NCBI GenBank assembly: GCA_045589295.1
Contig: JAZNOU010000005.1
Span: 64,001-128,000 of the forward strand
Origin: Clostridia bacterium
GTDB lineage: Bacteria; Bacillota; Clostridia; RGIG6154
DNA length: 64,000 nucleotides
Reading direction: 5' to 3'
Below, piece after piece: positions 20,272 through 29,880 of the stretch. The notes under the pieces were generated by a model. The model ran no database searches, was not told where the DNA came from, and saw nothing but the letters and a program-made list of their open reading frames with translations. Both the position numbers and the translations under genes were made by a program. Each line of letters starts with the position of its first letter. Positions within the stretch are counted from its first letter, which is position 1.

Positions 20272-20796
20272 ATGAAGATTAAAGTTGTTGAAAGAAAAGT
20301 AACTATTAATGACAGTACAAGAGAAAAACTGGAAAGTAAGCTTTTGAAATTTGATAAGCTTCTGGGTGAGTCGGCAGAAGCTGTAGCGACCTTTAACACT
20401 CAAAAGGACAAGATTTTTCTTGAAATTTCAATTCGCTCCGATGATATGATAATAAGAGCAGAAAGCTCAGACCCTGATGCAAAAATTGCCATTGATAAAA
20501 TAATAGATGTTCTTGAGGGGCAATTCAGAAAGTACAAGACAAAACTTGCAAGAAAAATTAAGACATTTACTCCGGATGTGTATTTTGCTGACGCACCGGT
20601 AGCAGAAGAAGAAACTGAGTTTAAGGTAGTTAAATCTAAAAAGTTCTTCATGAAACCCATGAGCGTGGACGAGGCAATTCTGCAAATGAATTTGTTAGGT
20701 CATGAATTCTTTGTATTTACTAACGGCGAAACCGAAAAGGTAAACATTGTGTATAAAAGAAAAGACTTAAACTATGGTCTTATAGAAACAGATTAA
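20272..20796 (+). CDS. hpf: Long-type hibernation promoting factor (RaiA/Hpf)
   Basis: S30AE domain plus C-terminal KPMSVDEAILQMNLLGHEFFVF...YKRKD.NYGLI. Confidence 0.96.
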   Translation: MKIKVVERKVTINDSTREKLESKLLKFDKLLGESAEAVATFNTQKDKIFLEISIRSDDMIIRAESSDPDAKIAIDKIIDVLEGQFRKYKTKLARKIKTFTPDVYFADAPVAEEETEFKVVKSKKFFMKPMSVDEAILQMNLLGHEFFVFTNGETEKVNIVYKRKDLNYGLIETD

Positions 20797-20813
20797 TACA
20801 ATTTAATAAATTT

Positions 20814-20843
20814 AAAGCATCGTTAAAAACGATGCTTTTTTTT
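20814..20843 (+). terminator. Intrinsic terminator of hpf
   Basis: AAAGCATCGTT-aaa-AACGATGCTTTTTTTT. Confidence 0.85.
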
Positions 20844-20953
20844 GAAAAATTTTGCAAGGTTTTTTTAAGCTTAAGTGCACCTTATTTACAGTATATAAAT
20901 TTTTTAAAATCAAAAATTAATATTGTAAATTTCAAAAAATCGAGGTGTTATTA

Positions 20954-21997
20954 TTGAAAAATGCAAAAAAAGGACTTTTTTCTTTATTACTTATAATTAT
21001 ATTTTTCGCTTATGGGTTTGTTACTTTTGCTACTGCAGACGTTTCAACAAAAAACAAAACATACTCTCCTAAAATGCTTATCCCGGGCGGAAATGTTATA
21101 GGAGTAAAGTTCTACATCGATGGTGTTCATATCTTAAGTTTGGAAGATATAAAAACGCCTTCAGGCAAAAAAAATCCTGCCAAAGACGCGGGACTTAAAA
21201 GCGGTGACTATATTATAAAAGTAAATTCTGCCCCGGTATTTACAAATGAAGATTTAAGTAGTGCTCTTCAAATGTCAAAAACCTCAGAGCTAACCATTAT
21301 AAGAAACGGATATGAATTTAAAACTAATATTACACCTGTTACAGAACAAGACGGTAGCAAGAGAATAGGCATATGGGTCCGTGATAGTACCGCAGGAATA
21401 GGAACAGTAACTTTTTATGACCCTGAAAGACATATTTTTGGTGCGCTTGGTCACGCAATAAGCGACCAGGACACAAAAAAAGTTTTATCAATGAAAAACG
21501 CAAGCGCTTATAACGCAAAAATAACTACAATAAGAAAAGGTGAAAAAGGTGAACCCGGCGAGCTTGGTGGTGTGTTTTTAGGAAATGACAGATATCTTGG
21601 CGAACTTTTTATAAACTCGTCATCAGGAATTTTTGGCACATATACCTCATCAAAGGTAAATCACACCCCTGTTCCTGTTGCAAAACACGATGAAATAACC
21701 GAAGGCAAAGCAACCATTTACTGCAGTCTTGAAAACGAAGAAGTTAAAGAATATGAAATTGAAATTTCCAAAATTATAAAAAGCAGTCTTTACACCTCAA
21801 AAGGTATGATTATAAAAATAACAGACCCTGCTCTTTTGCAAAAAACTGATGGCATTGTGCAAGGAATGAGCGGTTCACCAATATTACAAAATGGTAAGCT
21901 TGTAGGTGCAATTACACACGTTTTCGTAAATGACCCAACCCGTGGGTATGGAATATTTATTGAAAATATGCTTAACGAAACAGAGCGTTTTAAATAA
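20954..21997 (+). CDS. spoIVB: SpoIVB peptidase (S55)
   Basis: PDZ domain, WVRDSTAGIGT, FGALGH, GIVQGMSGSPI and THVFVNDPTRGYG; lies upstream of spo0A. Confidence 0.96.
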   Translation: MKNAKKGLFSLLLIIIFFAYGFVTFATADVSTKNKTYSPKMLIPGGNVIGVKFYIDGVHILSLEDIKTPSGKKNPAKDAGLKSGDYIIKVNSAPVFTNEDLSSALQMSKTSELTIIRNGYEFKTNITPVTEQDGSKRIGIWVRDSTAGIGTVTFYDPERHIFGALGHAISDQDTKKVLSMKNASAYNAKITTIRKGEKGEPGELGGVFLGNDRYLGELFINSSSGIFGTYTSSKVNHTPVPVAKHDEITEGKATIYCSLENEEVKEYEIEISKIIKSSLYTSKGMIIKITDPALLQKTDGIVQGMSGSPILQNGKLVGAITHVFVNDPTRGYGIFIENMLNETERFK

Positions 21998-22121
21998 ATA
22001 TATACTATATATTATAACAATAACGCACTCTTTTATAGGGTGCGTTTGCTGTATTTATAAGCATTTTTATGTCACTAAAAACTGCTATAAAAAATATTTT
22101 GAAAAAATTTTAAGAAAAGGC

Positions 22122-22150
22122 TTGAATTTTTTACCATTTTTTGGTATAAT
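22122..22150 (+). promoter_or_regulatory. sigmaA promoter of spo0A
   Basis: TTGAAT-N17-TATAAT with extended TG. Confidence 0.65.
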
Positions 22151-22191
22151 TTGAATATACCAAAAATTACCAATAAAGGATGGGGTTAAAA

Positions 22192-22947
22192 ATGTCAAAA
22201 ATAAGAGTATTAATTGCAGAAGACAACAAAGAATATGCTTTAACTTTAAAGGCACATTTCGACAAGGTAGAAGATGTTATGGTAGTAGGTGTTGCAGCAG
22301 ATGGGCTTGAAGCTGTTGAATACATTAAGAATACAAGTCCCGATGTTGTAATTTTAGACCTGGTAATGCCAAAATTAGACGGCATTGGTGTTATGGAAAA
22401 GAAGTACCCCAAAACACCCGAATACATTATTATTTCTGCAGCTGCTCAAGATAAAATAATTGCAAAAGCAATTGACGCGGGTGCAAGTTACTATATGTTA
22501 AAACCGGTTGAACACGAAATAATTGTAGACAGAATAAGAGGATTGTTTAAAAAGAGCAAGACACAAGATGGATTTACTCAAAAATCACCTGTGTTTGATA
22601 TAGAAACAAAAGTTACTTCGGTAATTCACGAAGTTGGTGTTCCTGCACATATTAAGGGTTATCAATATTTAAGAGAAGCCATTATGATGACAATTGACAA
22701 TATGGACGTCATAAACTCAATAACAAAACTTTTGTACCCTACCGTTGCTAAAAAATATTCAACTACCGCATCACGTGTAGAACGTGCCATCCGACACGCT
22801 ATTGAAGTGGCATGGGACAGAGGTGACACAGATGTTTTAAATGGAATATTTGGCTACACTATTGCAAGCGGTAAAGGTAAACCTACAAATTCTGAATTTA
22901 TTGCAATGATTGCAGACCGTCTAAGACTTCAGCTAAAAGCTAGCTAA
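22192..22947 (+). CDS. spo0A: Sporulation master regulator Spo0A
   Basis: Receiver domain plus [21 protein letters not shown] and [10 protein letters not shown] motifs. Confidence 0.98.
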   Translation: MSKIRVLIAEDNKEYALTLKAHFDKVEDVMVVGVAADGLEAVEYIKNTSPDVVILDLVMPKLDGIGVMEKKYPKTPEYIIISAAAQDKIIAKAIDAGASYYMLKPVEHEIIVDRIRGLFKKSKTQDGFTQKSPVFDIETKVTSVIHEVGVPAHIKGYQYLREAIMMTIDNMDVINSITKLLYPTVAKKYSTTASRVERAIRHAIEVAWDRGDTDVLNGIFGYTIASGKGKPTNSEFIAMIADRLRLQLKAS

Positions 22948-22982
22948 AAAAAAACAGGTGGATAAAATCCACCTGTTTTTTA
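22946..22982. terminator. Bidirectional terminator
   Basis: AAAAAAACAGGTGGAT-aaa-ATCCACCTGTTTTTT. Confidence 0.88.
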
Positions 22983-23714
22983 ATATGTGACATCAATGAG
23001 TGTAAGTCCGTGCGGAGGCATTGTATAACCCGCACCTTGCCTGTCTTTTTTTTCAAATATCTCAGGTATTATTTCAGCCTTAAGCTTTCCCATCCCTACT
23101 TCCACTATCGTACCTACAATAATTCTTACCATATTATGCAAAAATCCGTTTCCGCATATTTTTATACTAATAACGTCGGTTCTTTCTATCTTAATATCAT
23201 ATATTTCTCTTACAGTTGATTTTTTATACCTTTTATTTGAACAAAACGATAAAAAGTCGTGTTTTCCTAAAAAATATTCAGCCGCTTTAGCCATTTCATT
23301 CAAATCAAGTTTTTCTTCAATATAGGCACAGTATTTACTTTCAAAAACAGGCGCTTTTTCCACATTTGCAATTTTATATTCATATGTTTTGGTTTTTGCA
23401 TTCAATCTTGCATGAAAACGTTCATTTTCAAAGCTTATAGAATTTACCTTTATATCAAGCGGAAGGTATTTGTTAAGATAATTCTTTATTTTATCACAAG
23501 GCAATTTTTCATCAAGTTTAAAACTTGCAACCTGCGCCCTTGCATGAACACCCTTATCTGTTCTGCCTGAGCCTGAAACTTCAACTGTCTTGTTTGCAAG
23601 CTGAGTTAAAATATTTTCAACTTTTCCCTGAATTGTATTTTTCGTATTCCCCTGCTTTTGCCATCCGTCATATTTTGTGCCAACATACTCTAAAACCATT
23701 TTATAATTCTGCAA
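22980..23714 (-). CDS. truA: tRNA pseudouridine(38-40) synthase
   Basis: EYVGTKYDGWQ, GRTDKGVHA and GFLHNMVR motifs. Confidence 0.96.
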   Translation of the reverse strand: MQNYKMVLEYVGTKYDGWQKQGNTKNTIQGKVENILTQLANKTVEVSGSGRTDKGVHARAQVASFKLDEKLPCDKIKNYLNKYLPLDIKVNSISFENERFHARLNAKTKTYEYKIANVEKAPVFESKYCAYIEEKLDLNEMAKAAEYFLGKHDFLSFCSNKRYKKSTVREIYDIKIERTDVISIKICGNGFLHNMVRIIVGTIVEVGMGKLKAEIIPEIFEKKDRQGAGYTMPPHGLTLIDVTY

Positions 23715-24018
23715 GTTTCTTACCTCTGTAAAGTTCTACATACATCTCCTGTTTTACGCCTGCTTTATACAGTTCCATATTTTTGCATCTTACAATGTCA
23801 ATATTTTGTTCAATCAGCATCATAATTGCCAAAAAAGTATCCCATTTAAGCGGCATAGTCTGTCTTTCGATTGAAGATATTGTTTGTCTTTTTTTTCCAA
23901 GTCGTTCTCCGAGTGCAGTTTGCGATAACTTAAGCTGTTTTCTGATAGATGGCAAATCTTTTACCATACTTTCAACCAGCTTTTTTCTGTTATCATTTAA
24001 TGATAATTCAATACTCAA
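23701..24018 (-). CDS. XRE family HTH protein
   Basis: IRKQLKLSQTALGERLGKKRQTISSIE helix-turn-helix. Confidence 0.85.
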   Translation of the reverse strand: MSIELSLNDNRKKLVESMVKDLPSIRKQLKLSQTALGERLGKKRQTISSIERQTMPLKWDTFLAIMMLIEQNIDIVRCKNMELYKAGVKQEMYVELYRGKKLAEL

Positions 24019-24081
24019 AATTCACCCTTCTTTACAACATATATCATTTTCATTTTATCATTTTATATCCCCTTTGTCAAA

Positions 24082-24110
24082 TAAAAAACATCGCTTAAAA
24101 AGCGATGTTT
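24082..24110 (-). terminator. Terminator of the lysA-scpAB-ytfIJ-PPTase operon
   Basis: AAACATCGCTT-aaa-AAGCGATGTTT with an A run on the left (U tail on the minus strand). Confidence 0.75.
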
Positions 24111-24724
24111 AAGTTCAATCTTTCAGGATTATTAAACATATTTTCATATGCACATACAACAAGATGCAAATTCTCTAAAACAGTATACTCCTTAAAATGC
24201 AACCCTTGTGAGTTTTCTTCAGTGCAATAAGTATTTCCTATAAGTTTAAAACTACTTTCTTTTCTGCACCACACTTTAAAAAATTCATCCTCTGGATTTT
24301 TAGAGCTAAAAACTTTTTGTTGTTCTTTTGGTAAAAAAAACCTTTTGGTGACCTTTAAATTAGCATTTTGTTTAAGCTGGATATCGCAACCTGATGGTAT
24401 TTTCCCAAACGAACAAGCAGCATATCCTTTTGAGTGAGAAATGCTGAAATGAAAATCGCAGTCATTAACATAAGGCTTACCGTCTTTGGTATAACAAACA
24501 CTGTCTGCATCAACACCAAATCTTTTTGCCGCCTCATTCAAAAGAAGTGCACCGCCAAGAGAATTAACCCGTGCATCAAAATCTTTCATAGCAAGAATTC
24601 TTTCCTGTCTTTTGGGTGAAAGCTTTTTTAAAAATTCGTCAAAGTTATTATAAACGGGATTCAGAGAAGCATAAAGTGTACTTATTTTATTCACTTTTTT
24701 CTGATTTTTTTGAGAAAAAGTCAC
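24095..24724 (-). CDS. Sfp-type 4'-phosphopantetheinyl transferase
   Basis: GKP, FSISHS, GCDIQ and WCRKES motifs. The true start may be GTG at 24694. Confidence 0.88.
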   Translation of the reverse strand: MTFSQKNQKKVNKISTLYASLNPVYNNFDEFLKKLSPKRQERILAMKDFDARVNSLGGALLLNEAAKRFGVDADSVCYTKDGKPYVNDCDFHFSISHSKGYAACSFGKIPSGCDIQLKQNANLKVTKRFFLPKEQQKVFSSKNPEDEFFKVWCRKESSFKLIGNTYCTEENSQGLHFKEYTVLENLHLVVCAYENMFNNPERLNLNIAF

Positions 24725-25070
24725 AAACTTTATTTACCGCAACAGGAATATAGTCAACTAATTTTGAAGCTGCATTATCCCCATCCATAGGAAGAAGTTT
24801 TACATTGTCATTAGTTGCAACTAAGAATGCTACGGGAGTAATAGTAACACCCGCACCAACACCACCTGCAAACGGGTTTGCTTTTTCTGCAAACTTACCT
24901 GAATATTCTCCACCACCTGCTGCAAGTCCAAAACTTACCTTTGAAATCGGAATAATCACACTTCCGTCATTTGCAGTAACAGGATTTCCCACAATAGTAT
25001 CAACATCCACCATGGTTTTTAAATTTTCCATCGCTGTGCTCATAATTCCGTTAATTGGATGGTCTGACAT
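24687..25070 (-). CDS. ytfJ: Sporulation/germination protein YtfJ (GerW)
   Basis: MVDVDTIVG.P, IIPISKVSFG.AAGG and GGVGAGVTITPVAFLV motifs. Confidence 0.93.
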   Translation of the reverse strand: MSDHPINGIMSTAMENLKTMVDVDTIVGNPVTANDGSVIIPISKVSFGLAAGGGEYSGKFAEKANPFAGGVGAGVTITPVAFLVATNDNVKLLPMDGDNAASKLVDYIPVAVNKVCDFFSKKSEKSE

Positions 25071-25073
25071 AAA

Positions 25074-25652
25074 TTACACTTCCTTTTTTTCATGAATTAG
25101 TTTTAACAATCTATTAAATACAGGGATAAAAAACATCACCCGTATAACAAGTACTATTTTTGCTTCAAATTCCTGAACATTATTGTCAAAATCAGGAACA
25201 ATGTCAAGTTTTTGATTTTCAATCTTAAAATAGTTTCTAAGATATGCGGCAAAGCCGTTTACAACACCATAAACCACACCAGAATATATGCCTGTAATGG
25301 CGGCATCCGAAAGCCCAAATCGATACTTAACCTCTATATTTTCAATTATAGCATATTTTTTTGCTTTTTCAACAATAAGTTTTATAATTTGCTTTAAAAT
25401 ATCAAAATTCTTTTTAAGTTTTTCTAAAAACGTGCTTTCATCATTTGGTTTTTGTTCTTCTTGTTGCACATTTTGCTGTTGTTTTTTGGATTTTCTTTCA
25501 CGTTTTTTCTCAGAGTCGTATACCTTAAACCCATATGCATAAACCCTTAAAATTGATTCACCCTTATATTTAAAAACAACTTTGAGCGGAAAAAGCAAGG
25601 TTAACAACGCAATTAGTGCTATTATACCCAGAATAATCAAAATAATTTTCAT
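25074..25652 (-). CDS. DUF2953 (YtfI-like) protein
   Basis: N-terminal TM and FGLSDAAITGIYSG motif; adjacent to ytfJ. Confidence 0.85.
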   Translation of the reverse strand: MKIILIILGIIALIALLTLLFPLKVVFKYKGESILRVYAYGFKVYDSEKKRERKSKKQQQNVQQEEQKPNDESTFLEKLKKNFDILKQIIKLIVEKAKKYAIIENIEVKYRFGLSDAAITGIYSGVVYGVVNGFAAYLRNYFKIENQKLDIVPDFDNNVQEFEAKIVLVIRVMFFIPVFNRLLKLIHEKKEV

Positions 25653-25653
25653 A

Positions 25654-26208
25654 TCAATCCTCGTTATCAGATTCTTCTAAATCGTCAATAGTAAGCTGAA
25701 TTGCCTCCAGATCAGGAATATCAGCTAAATTTTTAAGCCCGAAAATTTTTAAAAATTCCTTTGTTGTTCCGTAAAGGATAGGTCTTCCCGGGGCATCAAG
25801 CCTTCCAACCTCTTCTACAATCTCTTTGTTTATAAGCTTTTCTAACGGTCCAAAACTGTCGACGCCTCTGATTTTATCAATAGTTGACCTTGTAACAGGC
25901 TGATTGTATGCAATAATTGACAAAACTTCCAACGCTGCATTTGAAAGATTATTAGGCTTTTTACTTCCTGCAAATATTTCTAAGTACTCTTTATATTCAG
26001 GTCTTGTGGCAAGCTGAAAATTATCTCCAAATCTTAAAATTTTAAGCCCACGCGATTCGTAATTATATCGGTCTGAAAAATTGACAATAATTTTCTCAAT
26101 TTCGCTCTCAGGCATATCAAACACTTCGGCAAACCTTTTTATTTCAACACTTTCACCCGAAATAAAAAGTATTGCCTCAACGGCATTTTCTATTGTTTTA
26201 ATATCCAT
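25654..26208 (-). CDS. scpB: SMC-Scp complex subunit ScpB
   Basis: LSNAALEVLSIIAYNQPVTR and PGRPILYGTT..FL..FGL motifs. Confidence 0.96.
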   Translation of the reverse strand: MDIKTIENAVEAILFISGESVEIKRFAEVFDMPESEIEKIIVNFSDRYNYESRGLKILRFGDNFQLATRPEYKEYLEIFAGSKKPNNLSNAALEVLSIIAYNQPVTRSTIDKIRGVDSFGPLEKLINKEIVEEVGRLDAPGRPILYGTTKEFLKIFGLKNLADIPDLEAIQLTIDDLEESDNED

Positions 26209-26209
26209 T

Positions 26210-26935
26210 TTACTCACCTGCACCGCTTAAAATTATCTGATTATCTACTGTTTCAAATCCTACCTCGTTATTTCTCACCAGTTCTAAAACAGCAAGGAAT
26301 ATTGCTACAATTTCGCTTCTTGATTCAACCTCGATAAATAAATCATCAAATGAAACCTGCCCTCTTATTTTCAAAACCTTGCTCACTGACTGCATTTTAG
26401 ATTTTACCGAAACAGGCTCTCTGCCAACCATTCCCGAAAAGAGCATTTTTGATGGCGGAAGCTTGTCCTCAAACCGCTTCATTACACGTTCAAATGCTTT
26501 TGTTAAAACATCTATCTCAAGATTTGGGTTTACATTGATTTTAAATTCGTCGGTATTAACTGCATTTTTAAAATACAAAAAGTCGCATATATTTTTTCTG
26601 TCCGAAAAAAAGTGCGAAACCTCTTTATACTTTTTATACTCAACAAGATTTTGAATAAGTTCTTGTCTTGGGTCTTCCTCTTCTTCGCTTTCAAGTTCTT
26701 CGTGCTTTGGAAGAAGCATTTTTGACTTTATATACAAAAGACGTGCCGCCATTACAAGAAACTCGCTTGAAATTTCAAGATCGTGTTTCTCCATTTCTTC
26801 CAAATGCTTTAAATACTGCTCTGTAATAAGACTTATTGGAATATCGTAAATATTAACTTTATTTTTCTGTATCAAAAACAGCAACAGGTCCAACGGCCCT
26901 TCAAAAATCTCCAGTTTAAAAGAAAGCTCTGACAA
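26210..26935 (-). CDS. scpA: Segregation and condensation protein ScpA
   Basis: FEGPLDLLLFLI, EFLVMAARLLYIKSKMLLP and FLAVLEL motifs. Confidence 0.96.
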   Translation of the reverse strand: MSELSFKLEIFEGPLDLLLFLIQKNKVNIYDIPISLITEQYLKHLEEMEKHDLEISSEFLVMAARLLYIKSKMLLPKHEELESEEEEDPRQELIQNLVEYKKYKEVSHFFSDRKNICDFLYFKNAVNTDEFKINVNPNLEIDVLTKAFERVMKRFEDKLPPSKMLFSGMVGREPVSVKSKMQSVSKVLKIRGQVSFDDLFIEVESRSEIVAIFLAVLELVRNNEVGFETVDNQIILSGAGE

Positions 26936-27583
26936 TTAAAACACTCCCAAGATAAACTCAATTACACAACTGTATCCTAAAATCAAAAGTTGCTGAAAAT
27001 AAACAAGAAAAGATGAAAAAATACTATTAAGCGGACGTATCGCAAAGATTAAAAGTAATACCAAAGATCCGTATCTTTCAAAACTTAAATACCTGTATTT
27101 TGCCCCGCCTTTTAAAAATTCACCTATTATTTTTGAACCATCAAGCGGTGGAATTGGTATAAGATTAAAAACTCCAAGACCAATATTCAAATATACAAGC
27201 GTTATCAAAAATGTAGCTAAAATCTGTGTTGGGTAGTTAGTTATCACCAGCACCGACACCAAAAACATTGAAACAAATGCCAAAACAAAATTTGAAACAG
27301 GTCCTGCCAAACTAACAATTATTATCCCGCTTTTACGATTTCTAAAATTATATTGATTAACAGGAACCGGCTTTGCCCAGCCAAATTTAAAAAACACAAG
27401 GCAAAAAGCTCCAATCCAGTCGATATGCTTTAAGGGATTTAGCGAAAGTCTACCGTAAATTTTTGCGGTATCATCGCCACACTTATATGCTGCAAACCCA
27501 TGTGAAACTTCGTGCACGGTAATAGATATAATTGCCGCAACCACAGTTATTAAAATGTCTAAAACTCTCAAAATTATGTCCAT
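26936..27583 (-). CDS. Site-2 protease (M50 family)
   Basis: HEVSH, AGPVSN and FNLIPIPPLDG motifs. Confidence 0.94.
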   Translation of the reverse strand: MDIILRVLDILITVVAAIISITVHEVSHGFAAYKCGDDTAKIYGRLSLNPLKHIDWIGAFCLVFFKFGWAKPVPVNQYNFRNRKSGIIIVSLAGPVSNFVLAFVSMFLVSVLVITNYPTQILATFLITLVYLNIGLGVFNLIPIPPLDGSKIIGEFLKGGAKYRYLSFERYGSLVLLLIFAIRPLNSIFSSFLVYFQQLLILGYSCVIEFILGVF

Positions 27584-28888
27584 TTATTCCTCCACGTCAT
27601 TTTTTATAACGTCTTCATAACTTTGCCTTTTTACAACAACTCTTGCGTTCCCATCTTTAACCATAACAACTGCAGGTTTTGGTATTCTGTTGTAATTGCT
27701 TGACATTGAATAGTTATATGCACCGGTTGCTAAAACCGCTAAAACATCGCCTCTTTCGGGGTTTGCCAAAGCAATATTTTCTTGAATTAAGTCTCCTGAC
27801 TCACAACATTTTCCCGCAATAGTAACAATATCGTTTGCTTCTTTATCTGCTTTGTTGGCAACAACTGCAGAATATGGTGCACCATACATAATATATCTTG
27901 GATTATCTGCCATTCCACCATCAACCGAAACATATGTTCTTATTCCCGGAATATTTTTAACATTGCCAATTTTGTAAAGAGTAACACCGGCCGAAGCAAC
28001 CAAAGAACGTCCTGGTTCCATTAAAATTTCAGGCATTTCAAGACCATATTCATTTGACAGACGTTCAACCTCTTTTGCAATATCACCGATATATTCGTCA
28101 TAACCGATAGGGTCATCATCTTTTGTGTATCTTATCCCATATCCGCCGCCTAAATTAAGTTTTGAAAGTGAAACTCCGCAAGTATCTTTGATTGTTTTCA
28201 TCAAATTCATCATAACTCTTGCAGCCTCGATAAATGGTGAAATTTCAAAAATCTGCGAACCGATATGGCAATGAATTCCAACAAGATTTAAATTCTTCAA
28301 AGAAATTGCTTTTTTTACCGCGTCCATCGCCTCGCCTGTTTCTATGGCAAAACCAAATTTAGAGTCGATTTGTCCTGTTTTTATAAAGTCATGTGTATGG
28401 GCATCGACACCAGGTTTAATTCTTAGCATAATATTAACTGTTTTACTGTTCTTCTCCGCAATTTCGTTAATATCCTCAAGCTCATCCATATTGTCTGCAA
28501 CAAAGCACCCTATATTTTCACCAACCGCAAATTCTATTTCATCATAAGTTTTATTGTTCCCATGAAAATATACTTTTTCCATTGGAAATCCTGCTTTTTT
28601 TGCAGTATACAGCTCACCGCCTGAAACAACATCCAACCCCATTCCTTCTTGTGCGGCAATTTTCAAAACGCTTATACAACTGAATGCCTTGGACGCATAT
28701 AGCGCAAGACCTTTATCACCACAAGCTTTTTTTAAAGAATCGAGATAAAGTCTGCAGTTCTTTCTAATAAGATTTTCATCCATCACATAAAGCGGTGTTT
28801 TATATTTTTCGGCCAAAGCAACAGTATCAAGCCCGCCGATTGTAAGGTTTCCCTTTTCATTTAGTCCAAGTGATTCTGATAAAAACAT
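27584..28888 (-). CDS. lysA: Diaminopimelate decarboxylase
   Basis: YASKAF, HCHIGSQ, EPGR, CESGD and GAYNYSMSSNYN motifs. Confidence 0.97.
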   Translation of the reverse strand: MFLSESLGLNEKGNLTIGGLDTVALAEKYKTPLYVMDENLIRKNCRLYLDSLKKACGDKGLALYASKAFSCISVLKIAAQEGMGLDVVSGGELYTAKKAGFPMEKVYFHGNNKTYDEIEFAVGENIGCFVADNMDELEDINEIAEKNSKTVNIMLRIKPGVDAHTHDFIKTGQIDSKFGFAIETGEAMDAVKKAISLKNLNLVGIHCHIGSQIFEISPFIEAARVMMNLMKTIKDTCGVSLSKLNLGGGYGIRYTKDDDPIGYDEYIGDIAKEVERLSNEYGLEMPEILMEPGRSLVASAGVTLYKIGNVKNIPGIRTYVSVDGGMADNPRYIMYGAPYSAVVANKADKEANDIVTIAGKCCESGDLIQENIALANPERGDVLAVLATGAYNYSMSSNYNRIPKPAVVMVKDGNARVVVKRQSYEDVIKNDVEE

Positions 28889-29016
28889 TTTATGCCCTTC
28901 TTCCAAAAGTATTTAATAAATTATTTTACCATATTAATTAAAAAAAGTCAATTTTGCAAATAAACATTGCATTTTTTTCATGAAAGTTTTATAATTAACA
29001 ATAAGGAGTGGTAAAT

Positions 29017-29880
29017 GTGCACGGTATTATTTGTTTTAACGAATATAACAAAATGCAATCTTATGTTGACAATATAGATATGTATTATAAAGCTATTACA
29101 CCTGTTTGCAAAAGTCTTAAAGTTGTTTCAACAACTCAAATTACACCAATAATTGAAAATAAAAAATCATATTTTGAAGGAATTGATTTTGCACTTTTCC
29201 TTGACAAAGATATTAGCCTGGCTAAGATACTTGAAAACTTTGGTGTAAGAGTATTTAACTCTGCTCTTTCTATTGCAATTTGTGACAACAAAGCGTATAC
29301 CCACAGTGTTTTGACAAACAAAGGAATTTTAATGCCAAAAACTTATATCACACCTTTTACATTCAACACATTCGGCTATCCTGATTATGATTTTCTAGAC
29401 AAAATAAACTTCTTCCCCGTTGTTGTAAAACAATCCTATGGTTCGCTAGGTCAGCAGGTTTTTCTTGCAAAAGATAAGTCTGAACTTTTGACCATATCAA
29501 GGAATTTACCAAAAGAACAGTTTTTAATTCAGGAATATATTGAGTGCAATAATACTGACACAAGAGTATTTGTATGTGGTGGCAAAGCGATTTGCGCTAT
29601 GAATCGCCATAATGACAATGATTTTAGGAGTAATGCTGAGCTTGGCGGTATATGTTCAAAAGCACATCTCGACGAAGAAACAATTAAGATTGCCGAAAAG
29701 ACTGCTAAACTTCTTGGGCTTGATTTTTGCGGAATTGATATTGTAACATCAGGTGGCAAAAAATATCTTTTAGAAGTAAATTCCAATGCCATGATAAACT
29801 CTCTAGCAAAGATAACGGGCAAAAACCCCGCCGATTACATTGCAAATCACATATTAAAAACAATAAAAGGTCAGGACTAA
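29017..29880 (+). CDS. RimK/LysX family ATP-grasp ligase
   Basis: CDNK, FPVVVK..YGS.G..V, IQEYI, FRSN...GG, GIDI and LEVNS motifs. Confidence 0.88.
   Translation: MHGIICFNEYNKMQSYVDNIDMYYKAITPVCKSLKVVSTTQITPIIENKKSYFEGIDFALFLDKDISLAKILENFGVRVFNSALSIAICDNKAYTHSVLTNKGILMPKTYITPFTFNTFGYPDYDFLDKINFFPVVVKQSYGSLGQQVFLAKDKSELLTISRNLPKEQFLIQEYIECNNTDTRVFVCGGKAICAMNRHNDNDFRSNAELGGICSKAHLDEETIKIAEKTAKLLGLDFCGIDIVTSGGKKYLLEVNSNAMINSLAKITGKNPADYIANHILKTIKGQD

Noticed and set aside
20880-20925. sigmaF/sigmaG promoter for spoIVB
   Set aside because: A GTATA -35 is present but the -10 match in AT-rich DNA is too weak to call
22000-22190. sigmaH promoter and 0A boxes upstream of spo0A
   Set aside because: No correctly spaced AGGA...GAAT and no clear TGTCGAA; only the sigmaA promoter is supported
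24095-24724. NRPS/PKS cluster suggested by the Sfp PPTase and adenylation enzymes
   Set aside because: No carrier, condensation or ketosynthase domains; the AMP-binding proteins are CoA-ligase type
28889-29010. Lysine riboswitch upstream of lysA
   Set aside because: The promoter lies within ~65 bp of the start, leaving no room for an aptamer
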